Source of the DNA: a virus
DNA length: 64,000 nt
Virus record (IMG/VR): IMGVR_UViG_3300045988_126669
Location: 33,217 to 97,216 of that record
Direction: 5' to 3' (one strand)
The notes below the pieces were generated by a model. That model made no database searches. It saw nothing but the letters and a program-made list of their open reading frames with translations, and had not been told where the DNA came from. Position 1 is the stretch's first letter, and each line of letters starts with the position of its first letter. Positions 47,167 to 54,487 of this stretch are shown here, piece after piece. Position numbers and translations under genes: made by a program.

Positions 47167-47445
47167 ATGAACGCTAAACAAGTCCTTTTTGTAGTCCCTG
47201 ATGACAATGACCCTCACATGGGCATTTTAATCGACCATGACTATATTATCTGCGCCGAGTGCGGTGGCGTCTTTGAAGCTGATGAAGTTTTCATTATTCA
47301 GACCTACGACTCTTGGGTAAATTTTGAAGATGAAATTGCGGACGAGCTTGACCTGCTGACTGCAAAAGACATTGGCAAGGAGCTGGATAGCAAGGAAAAG
47401 TTCGGCTGGGACGCGTGGAAAGAAGCCATTAAGGGGGAGTTTTGA
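47167..47445 (+). CDS. hypothetical protein (92 aa, CxxC)
   Basis: Own promoter GGGCTTGACAAGTCC..TATAAT. RBS AAGAGG. Confidence 0.5.
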   Translation: MNAKQVLFVVPDDNDPHMGILIDHDYIICAECGGVFEADEVFIIQTYDSWVNFEDEIADELDLLTAKDIGKELDSKEKFGWDAWKEAIKGEF

Positions 47446-47447
47446 AA

Positions 47448-47687
47448 ATGGATTTAGATTTTAATTACATGACTGACGAGGAACTGGACGAACTCATTCT
47501 CCAAATACAAGAAGCCAGAAAAGCCCGCGCAGAAAGCCGAAAGATTGACCTTTGGAACAATGTTCGGCGGTCGGTTCAGAATTACATCATGGAATGTGGA
47601 ATGATTGAACTCTTTACCGAGGACTACAATTCCACGCTGGACGCTGATTCTTTCAGGATTCCCGGCGAGATTAACCTGCTGGACTAA
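47448..47687 (+). CDS. hypothetical protein (79 aa)
   Basis: RBS AAGGGGGAG. Terminator 47695-47725. Confidence 0.5.
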   Translation: MDLDFNYMTDEELDELILQIQEARKARAESRKIDLWNNVRRSVQNYIMECGMIELFTEDYNSTLDADSFRIPGEINLLD

Positions 47688-47730
47688 AATAAAAAACTAC
47701 CCAAAATTGGGTAGTTTTTTTTGTCTATTT

Positions 47731-47919
47731 TGTCTATTGACAAACGCGGATTTTTGTGATAAAATGGGCGGACCGCCAGCGTACGCAGCGGTCCGAATTT
47801 TCCATTATATCACGCCCCGCCAATTTTGTCAAGAGAAAAATTGCACAAAAGTGAAGAAAATTTTTTCCCGTAATTTGGTTATTTTGTCAATTGCAATCTA
47901 CGGGCAATCTGCTATAATA
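47731..47919 (+). promoter_or_regulatory. module copy 6: promoter (TTGACA 47736 / TAAAAT 47759), GC hairpin 47765-47794 + AATTTTCCATTATATCAC, AAATTGCACAAAAG box, then P2 (TTGCAA 47891 / TATAAT 47914)
   Basis: Conserved blocks. Confidence 0.55.
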
Positions 47920-47923
47920 GATA

Positions 47924-48022
47924 ATGTCAGGAGGGAACAGTGAATTGCCGAACGGCTTCGCTGATGGGTGTGATAACTCGGTAACTGACCCGTTTTCAAA
48001 GAAATTTGAAATTCCCTCTTGA
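47924..48022 (+). CDS. leaderless micro-ORF MSGGNSELPNGFADGCDNSVTDPFSKKFEIPS
   Basis: The ATG is 5 nt after the -10 box. Confidence 0.3.
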   Translation: MSGGNSELPNGFADGCDNSVTDPFSKKFEIPS

Positions 48023-48051
48023 CAAGTAGTGCGAAAAGTGCTACAATAGAT

Positions 48052-48126
48052 AATGTCAAGAGGACAGAGCCGTTGTACGCTCAATTGTGAGATAAGAACT
48101 CTGAAAAAAATTTATAAAACCTCTTG
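48052..48126 (+). CDS. leaderless micro-ORF MSRGQSRCTLNCEIRTLKKIYKTS
   Basis: TTGACA 48018-17-TACAAT 48041, with the ATG 5 nt after the -10 box. Confidence 0.3.
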
Positions 48127-48157
48127 ACAAACCCCAGCGAGTGTGCTACAATAGAAA

Positions 48158-48277
48158 ATGTCGAGAGGGAGTAACCCAAGAAATCCGAGGGCGCGCGACT
48201 TTGAGAAAGTATAGGAAGTAAACATAATACACCACGTTGTAAAGCCAAACGTTGAACGCGAAAGTGAGTTTGATTGA
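48158..48277 (+). CDS. leaderless micro-ORF MSRGSNPRNPRARDFEKV(TAG)EVNIIHHVVKPNVERESEFD
   Basis: TTGACA 48124-17-TACAAT 48147, with the ATG 5 nt after the -10 box. Has an in-frame TAG. Confidence 0.25.
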
Positions 48278-48466
48278 ACCAACTATCCTTGACGCGGTTT
48301 TCCGCTGACAAATAGATTGAATCAACAAACAATAAATTATCCGTCAGGTCGGGGTAGTAATTCGTGTGAAAAGTTTGCGAAACCTCTTGACAAACACTCC
48401 AAAGTGTGGTATACTCAATAATATCAAAAGGGTAGCGACCTACCGCCAAAGAAAGGAATTGATACT

Positions 48467-48844
48467 ATGTCTACTTCTACTGTTAAGAAGCTCACCAAGC
48501 GCGACCGTTTCGAGGCTCTGCTCAAACTGTCCGAGGTTCAGGCTGACCCTGCTATGGTTGAGTTTATCAACCACGAAATCGACCTGCTGTCCCGCAAGAA
48601 CGCCGGTGACAAGAAGCCGACCGCGAATCAGATTGCCAACGACGGCTACAAGGACATTATCTTTGCCGAGCTGTCCGCGAATCCTGACAAGCTGTATACC
48701 GTGACCGAACTCATCAAGAACGTGGACGGTCTGGGCGACCTCACCAATCAGCGCGTTTCCGCTCTTCTGCGTCAGATGATTGAAGCGAACGGCGTCGAGA
48801 AGATTGTGGACAAGCGCAAGTCCTACTTCCGTCTCGCCCACTGA
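48467..48844 (+). CDS. hypothetical protein (125 aa), paralog of 45788..46168
   Basis: Promoter CTCTTGACAAACAC..TATACT. Terminator 48850-48890. Confidence 0.6.
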   Translation: MSTSTVKKLTKRDRFEALLKLSEVQADPAMVEFINHEIDLLSRKNAGDKKPTANQIANDGYKDIIFAELSANPDKLYTVTELIKNVDGLGDLTNQRVSALLRQMIEANGVEKIVDKRKSYFRLAH

Positions 48845-48944
48845 TTCAGGGGGAGCGCCTGAAAAAAATCAGGCGCTCCCAAAAATTTCTCTTGACATTT
48901 GCTGACGGCGGTGTTATAATCATACTTGAAAGGGGGCAAAAGAA

Positions 48945-49352
48945 ATGCCTAAAATGAGTAAAAAAGACTTTCAGGCAAAGATTGATAATCTGATGAAAAA
49001 GTTAGATTGTACTGCCGAGGAAGCAAAAGAAATTCTCATGGACGATGATGACATTGACCATGGAATCGCCAAGGACTTTGACCTGTCCGCGGAAAAGCTC
49101 AAAGAAGCTAACAAGTATTCTAAAACCGGAACACGCAAAGCGCCGACCGCTTATAAGTTTGAGAAGCGACAGCGCAAGGAAAACCCCACAAAACGCTCGA
49201 TTATTGCTGAACTTGCGACTTTTTTGCGAGAAAACAGCGAAAATGCGTGCGAAAATGTGGAAATCACGAACATTGAGCGCATGATTGCGTTCCATGTGGG
49301 CGAAAATGACTATGAATTGACCCTGATTCAGAAGCGAAAGCCCAAAAATTGA
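48945..49352 (+). CDS. hypothetical protein (135 aa)
   Basis: Promoter TCTCTTGACATTTG..TATAAT. RBS AAAGGGGG. Terminator 49355-49398. Confidence 0.55.
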   Translation: MPKMSKKDFQAKIDNLMKKLDCTAEEAKEILMDDDDIDHGIAKDFDLSAEKLKEANKYSKTGTRKAPTAYKFEKRQRKENPTKRSIIAELATFLRENSENACENVEITNIERMIAFHVGENDYELTLIQKRKPKN

Positions 49353-49475
49353 CAAAAAAGGGTGAAAAACCGCTGAAAAATGCGGTTTTTCACCCAAAAA
49401 CAAGTCAAAAAATGCAAAAAATAATGGTTGAGAGAACGATGGTAAACCTCAATCAATAGAGAGGATTTTGTGCCG

Positions 49476-49886
49476 ATGGAAGAAATTACTATTAAGCTAC
49501 GCCGATTTAAGGACGGCAGACCGCCCGTTTCAATGGAGTTTATGCCTAATTGTGGCGAGAATCTGAAAGACGTTCAAGCGGTCTACTTTTTCAAGTTTTA
49601 CAACAACAACAAACTTGAATTTAACAAGGTAGGCACTTCCGCAAAAGACGTTGTAGGGCGTTTGCGTGATGAAATTGGCGAGTATGCAAAAAAGTATGCT
49701 ATCACGCGCGTTGAAATTCATCGAATCCGTTCTTGCGGGGATTATCCCGCCGAGGGCGCGGAAAGCGCGTTGCGTGCGGAACTGATTAGACGCTATCCCA
49801 AAGCGTTCCGCAAGAATGACCGCTTTTTTAATGTGGACATTAACCCCACGGTTTTCGATGAAATTGTAAACGCATTTCTTGCATAA
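49476..49886 (+). CDS. hypothetical protein (136 aa)
   Basis: The 5'UTR has the conserved hairpin gttgagagaacgatggtaaacctcaatc (identical core to the one at 46258). Terminator 49895-49930. Confidence 0.5.
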   Translation: MEEITIKLRRFKDGRPPVSMEFMPNCGENLKDVQAVYFFKFYNNNKLEFNKVGTSAKDVVGRLRDEIGEYAKKYAITRVEIHRIRSCGDYPAEGAESALRAELIRRYPKAFRKNDRFFNVDINPTVFDEIVNAFLA

Positions 49887-49937
49887 ATATTCAATCAGCA
49901 GGTTGACTAAAACCTGCTGATTTTTTTTGTGCATTTT

Positions 49938-50010
49938 GCCTATTGACACCGATCGGAAAATGTGGTATAATGGCCGGGCCGTCGCGGGACGTGCCGGCCC
50001 GATTTCCCGA
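49938..50010 (+). promoter_or_regulatory. module copy 7 (first half only): promoter (TTGACA 49943 / TATAAT 49966) + GC hairpin 49972-50001, flanked by CCGATCGG repeats
   Basis: Same promoter-hairpin arrangement. The downstream part diverges (CATATG inverted repeats). Confidence 0.45.
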
Positions 50011-50280
50011 TCGGTATACCCATATGCAAAATTTCTCATACTTCTAGCACCTCTCCATATGGCCCAAAAAAATCCCGAAAATTGACTTTTTATAAAAAAT
50101 ATGTTATAATGATAAAAAAAGACTTTTTTAAGCCCGCGTAGGATCATATGCCTTTATGATTAATTAAAAACTGCTTCGCCCTTACATTGTTTCACGCGTA
50201 TGTTTTCATTTAAAAAAATCTTGACATTTTTAAAAAAAAAGTATATAATATATATAGAAAATAAGAAAAGAGGTATTCAT

Positions 50281-50658
50281 ATGGATATGAATGATATTAT
50301 TGCTCGTCTGAAAAATGGTGAGGACGCTCAGGCTATTGCGGACGAAATGGCTAAGTCTCTGAACGATGCGGTTAAGCAGGTGGAGAAGGAAACCAAGCAG
50401 GCCGATCGGAAGACCGCGCTCGCGCAAGAAATCGCCGATCGGATTAACGAGTATGCCGCTCTTAATGGCTACAAGGATTCCGCGTTGACCGCGTCCGATG
50501 TGGAGAACATCTTTGCTGAGGTTTACGGTCTTATGACCGGGGTTAACGATCTTCTTGACGTGCTTTTTCCCAAGAGCACCCCGGTAAAGGTTAAGAAGGT
50601 CAAGAAAACCGATGATGATGTAATTGCCGAATTTTTGAACACTTTCATTAATAAGTGA
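50281..50658 (+). CDS. hypothetical protein (125 aa)
   Basis: Promoter TTGACA 50221-17-TATAAT 50244. RBS AAGAGG. Terminator 50735-50765. Confidence 0.55.
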   Translation: MDMNDIIARLKNGEDAQAIADEMAKSLNDAVKQVEKETKQADRKTALAQEIADRINEYAALNGYKDSALTASDVENIFAEVYGLMTGVNDLLDVLFPKSTPVKVKKVKKTDDDVIAEFLNTFINK

Positions 50659-50762
50659 ACAATGTGTAGGGTGAGATATTTTTCATCCTAAGAATCGACA
50701 ATTTCACCAAGAATTGCCTAATATGAAAAAAGAGAGACTAAAAAAAGTCTCTCTTTTTTTTT

Positions 50763-50907
50763 AGGTTCGGAGAACGGAGACGGGAAAATGTGGTTGGTGG
50801 TTGATTAAACCGATCGGCACCACACTCTCGCAATTTCTACGATTTCAACAATTTTAACCCGTCTCTTATGTTTACCTTACGGTAAAGATACATAGTATCC
50901 GAACCTT
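50763..50907 (+). ncRNA. structured ~145-nt element (nested stems ggttcgga/tccgaacc, gagacggg/cccgtctc, tttacc/ggtaaa) at the early-region/island boundary
   Basis: Long-range perfect complementarity. It follows a strong terminator. No ORF. Not a tRNA cloverleaf. Confidence 0.3.
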
Positions 50908-51049
50908 TTATTCCACGTCTTCCGAATTGTCCAAACCTTTAATTATTATCCAGAAGCGAATCAACCAATATAGATCTATTATCGATCTCTTCCAGCGTTC
51001 CATATGCAATATCCAACAGCAACACCAATTAAAAACCAAATAATACCAC

Positions 51050-51430
51050 TCATACAAGCAACTCCTCCAACTTTGTCTTAAACGCACTATCAAGAATGTC
51101 ATCAGCAAGCGTGCGCTTACTAAGATCCACATTTTCCGATCCAAGAGCAACAGTTTTCTCAGTATAATTATCTGCGGTCCGCTCTTCAATAACAGGTCTC
51201 ACATAGCTATATTCATTCTCAATATATTCAACTCTACCTTGCTCATTAATTCGACCAAGAACTTTACCATGAAAAACCAACTTATTACAATCGTCCCAAA
51301 TAAGATATGCGCCTCGCGTATCTTCCTTATTAAAAAACTCTTTTTTAGTAGTTGCAATTACATTCCAATTGCGGAAGACACCTACCTTTTCTCCATTATT
51401 CTCTTTTAAGGTTTTAGCATCAAATTTCAT
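51050..51430 (-). CDS. hypothetical protein (126 aa), AT-rich island
   Basis: RBS AAAAGGA. TGA stop. Confidence 0.45.
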   Translation of the reverse strand: MKFDAKTLKENNGEKVGVFRNWNVIATTKKEFFNKEDTRGAYLIWDDCNKLVFHGKVLGRINEQGRVEYIENEYSYVRPVIEERTADNYTEKTVALGSENVDLSKRTLADDILDSAFKTKLEELLV

Positions 51431-51579
51431 TTCATTATTCCTTTTCAAATTTTGATTTCATTTTCCTAAACGTTCCCCGGAATAGACACCCCTACTTTAC
51501 GCAGAAATAACCTACCCCGAGATTTCATTTCAAAATTATATTTCTTTCTTTTATTATATATATTATAATATATTATTTA

Positions 51580-51828
51580 TTAAATGTCAATTGACTCTTG
51601 TAAGAATGGATTCTCTTCTATTGATTCAGGTCTATCCTCATATTTTATTTTAATTGGTTTTGTATTACTTGGAATAACAAAATAAAGAATATCATCTCTC
51701 ATATATAATTCAGGTTTTATCATATTTGTTTTATCCATCTTATCAAACTATTCTTGCGTTCCTCTTACAAATCTTATTATTGAAGAATTGCCTTTCCCGC
51801 CTCTTATATCTGTATAACTATAACTCAT
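51580..51828 (-). CDS. hypothetical protein (82 aa, 1 TAG)
   Basis: ATG 51826-28, TAA 51580. Confidence 0.35.
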
Positions 51829-51831
51829 ATT

Positions 51832-52536
51832 TTACTCCTTATTTTTCTTGTAATCATTTCTAAATACATATTCTTTTTTAAGCCCTTCTATATTGCACTA
51901 TGGCTTATATAAAGTAATTAAAGCTAATTCCATTGCTTCTAAATCTCTTACTGTAATATTAAAATCAGTCTTTAAATTTTCAACTATAATTAAAGGTTTT
52001 AACATAATAGTTCTATTACTTTCTTTAGCTGACTATAATATTTTATATAATTCAGTTTTATCTTCAAAATTTCTACTATTCATAAACTATTTATGCTATC
52101 CAAATCTTGTTCCAAAATTTTTATTTGTTTTACCAATATAAATTAAAATATTATCTATATAAATACCATAAATACCGTGCTAATAATAAAGAGGATCTTT
52201 AGTCTAACGTCTCTTTTTAACTGAAGATTCTTCCACCTAACCTGGAATTTTCTTTTTAATTACTTTATATTTTCGAGGAACTTCTCTTTTAATTATCTGC
52301 TATTCTTCTTTTTGTTGTGATAATTTAGTTAAAGATAAATATTCTCTTATAGTTTTTTCTTTTGTTAAAATATAAGAATCTTTTATATCATATTTACTTC
52401 TATCTTTTTCTATATCTTCTATAATATCATTATAATTTTCATTATTAGACATTCTTTCTAATAAAATATATGTGTCATTCCGTATACTATGACCTATTAT
52501 TTTTTCCCATTCTGCTTTTAACATTTGTTTATTCAT
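51832..52536 (-). CDS. GIY-YIG homing endonuclease-like protein (234 aa, ~9 in-frame TAG)
   Basis: ...YYQHGIYGIYIDNILIYIGKTNKNFGTRFGQHK... matches the GIY-x10-YIG + Arg motifs, followed by ...LEAMELALITLYKPQCN (Glu/Asn). Continuous only with TAG=sense. Confidence 0.6.
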
Positions 52537-52559
52537 CACCTTTTGTTCATTTATAAGTC

Positions 52560-52765
52560 TTGCAAAAACTGTAGATTTTTTGCAAACTTGTTTGCAAAAA
52601 TTCCTTAAATTGCAAATTTGCAAACTTGTTTGCAAAAATTTTGCATTTTTGTATATTATATATTGCTTTGTGCAAAATGCAAAAATCATTGTAAATTGCA
52701 CAAATTTGTAATTGCAAATTGTTGCAATATTGCAAGTTTTGCAACAAAATTTTTGCAAAATTGCA
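52560..52765. repeat. dense array (>15 copies) of palindromic TTTGCAAA / TTGCAA(A/T) motifs
   Basis: gcaaaaactgtagattttttgcaaacttgtttgcaaaaattccttaaattgcaaatttgcaaacttgtttgcaaaaattttgca...attgcacaaatttgtaattgcaaattgttgcaatattgcaagttttgcaacaaaatttttgcaaaattgcaa. Intergenic between the HTH gene and the GIY-YIG gene. Confidence 0.7.
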
Positions 52766-52766
52766 A

Positions 52767-53168
52767 TTAAAATACAAATTCTATATCTTTTTCCTTACGC
52801 TTTTTCCATCCTTCACTATGATCTACAGAACTTTTACTAATACCCAACTCTTCAGATATCTAAGTAGAATTCATACCATTTTTAGCTAAATTATAAATTT
52901 CATTATCATCAACTACTCTTTTACGACCATAATTATTTCCATTATTTATTTTATTTATATAGTCCTATTTACTTTTTTCAATAGCACCTTTAACAAAATT
53001 CAAACCCATAGCAACAACAGGGTCATCTTGAAATTGAGGTTCATTACCGGTTCCATATTGAACCATATCATATATAATTTTCATTTGTTGTTCATTAGGT
53101 AAGCCTTTAATGTTTTCTAACCACTCGCCATAAAATACAAATCTATGTAAATCCTTTGTATTATCCAC
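52767..53168 (-). CDS. HTH DNA-binding protein (133 aa; HTH NSTQISEELGISKSSV), 2 TAG
   Basis: GTG after a GGGAGGG RBS. I walked the frame through TAGs at 52965 and 52860 to TAA 52767. Confidence 0.5.
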
Positions 53169-53361
53169 GCGGTTTCCCCTCCCCCTAAACCTCCTCAAAG
53201 TCAGCTAAAAAGCTCTCATCGACGGAGAATATCCAACAATTATATTGCGGGAACTTCGGGTTCGGCATCATCTACAAAGGGAAATGTCCTCTTTCCACTA
53301 ATTTTTCCATTACTTTAAGAGAATATACTATCATATTCTTCTTTGTATTTTGATTTTCCAT
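53161..53361 (-). CDS. hypothetical 66-aa protein (2 TAG)
   Basis: RBS AAGGAAGG + ATG. Exactly 67 codons to TAA. Confidence 0.35.
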
Positions 53362-53378
53362 TTGTTCAATACCTTCCT

Positions 53379-53513
53379 TTATTTGCTATGATTTGCTATA
53401 TATTCTTTAAGCGCTTGTCTTACAATATAAGACAAACTCAAATCTAATTCTTTCCCCATCTCAGTGAGAATATCTTTATCACTCTATGAAATTCTAATTG
53501 TCATAGTAGTCAT
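53379..53513 (-). CDS. ribbon-helix-helix (CopG/Arc-like) regulator, 44 aa
   Basis: MTTMTIRISQSDKDILTEMGKELDLSLSYIVRQALKEYIANHSK is a beta-strand followed by two helices. One TAG. Confidence 0.5.
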
Positions 53514-53599
53514 ATCACCATTATTCAATTTATTCACATCCTTTCATTAATACATAAAAATACTTCTTACAACTTTATCTTAATTTGTCCTACAAAATT

Positions 53600-53678
53600 A
53601 TTCTTTATTGATTTTTATTAAATTTTAATATATAATATAAATATAAAATAAAGAAAAACTATTAAAGGTGATAAAAAA
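53600..53678 (+). promoter_or_regulatory. AT-rich promoter region (TTGATT..TATATAATATAAATATAAAATAAAG) for the rightward third block
   Basis: Related to the class-III modules at 56.4, 59.6, 60.7 and 62.7 kb. Confidence 0.35.
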
Positions 53679-53876
53679 ATGCTTGCTAAACTTATTGATA
53701 ATCAAGGTCAAACTCATATCCTTAATACGACTCATATTCATTCAATTTCCGTAAAGAATTCTGGATCGGATAAACTTGTGATGATTTTTTGGGATAATGA
53801 AGCAAAAACCGCGTATTATGTAAGACCCACTGAGTATAGCACTTTTATCAATACTATTTTTAAGGAGGACAAGTAA
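53679..53876 (+). CDS. hypothetical protein (65 aa)
   Basis: RBS AAAGGTGA. Confidence 0.5.
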   Translation: MLAKLIDNQGQTHILNTTHIHSISVKNSGSDKLVMIFWDNEAKTAYYVRPTEYSTFINTIFKEDK

Positions 53877-53877
53877 T

Positions 53878-54216
53878 ATGTCTGTTGATTTTGGTTCTAA
53901 GCTCGTATGCGGTTATAAAGTCCCCAAGAACCTTCTCGAAAACTATGATAATATGGCTGAGGCTATCGAACAGCTTACCGAGGAAGGTTATTGGCATCGC
54001 GCAAGCGATTATGATAACGACGAGAATCCTATCTTCGGCTATCTTCTCGGTGAGTCTTCCGCAGGTGAAGCCGTCCGCATTGACAATATCTTCATCGCTC
54101 CACAGGAATATTATCGCCTTAATGACACAATGAAGGAAGCTTATGCAAAGTTTCTCAAAATCCCCATCGAAAGTCTTGATGATCCTGAGATTTTTCTAAT
54201 CTCTACAATTTCTTAA
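53878..54216 (+). CDS. hypothetical protein (112 aa)
   Basis: RBS AAGGAGGA. Operon-style spacing. Confidence 0.55.
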   Translation: MSVDFGSKLVCGYKVPKNLLENYDNMAEAIEQLTEEGYWHRASDYDNDENPIFGYLLGESSAGEAVRIDNIFIAPQEYYRLNDTMKEAYAKFLKIPIESLDDPEIFLISTIS

Positions 54217-54232
54217 AGAAAGGAAAATAAAT

Positions 54233-54487
54233 ATGAAACAATGCCCCGTTTATTATGAAGCACGTTATTGGGACGACTCTGATAAAATGGATAGATTTAC
54301 GTGCGGTTTTATCTTCGCGGAAACCCTCACCGAAGCTGGTCGTTGGGCAGAAGAGTATTTCGACGATCTTATTACTGTCGCATTTACCCCTCTTGATGAT
54401 GGCCCCTTGCGCGTCAACCGCGATCTTGCCAATAAGATTCTAAAATTTGACAGCGAAGATGAACCCTATACTGCTAAAACACTATGA
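54233..54487 (+). CDS. hypothetical protein (84 aa)
   Basis: RBS AAAGGAAA. Confidence 0.5.
   Translation: MKQCPVYYEARYWDDSDKMDRFTCGFIFAETLTEAGRWAEEYFDDLITVAFTPLDDGPLRVNRDLANKILKFDSEDEPYTAKTL

Noticed and set aside
32860-50010. The 8 repeated GC-hairpin elements as a CRISPR array, or as CRISPR-repeat mimics (RNA anti-CRISPRs)
   Set aside because: Spacing is ~2.2 kb, not 30-40 bp. The hairpin stem sequence differs in every copy and loops are 9-12 nt. Only the flanking promoter and boxes are conserved. This fits neither a repeat-spacer array nor mimicry of one host repeat.
50763-50907. Structured element as the missing suppressor tRNA
   Set aside because: At ~145 nt with nested long-range helices it cannot fold into a cloverleaf. 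It has no GTTCRAnYC T-loop and no CUA anticodon loop. No other tRNA-like sequence was found in the window.
52300-52777. Track ORFs 52300..52758 and 52547..52777 as one gene spanning the TTTGCAAA array
   Set aside because: The C-terminal half of 52300..52758 is the true N-terminus of the GIY-YIG gene (start 52536). The part over 52560-52765 is a translation of the palindromic repeat array, which also translates in the other frame (52547..52777). It is treated as non-coding regulatory DNA.
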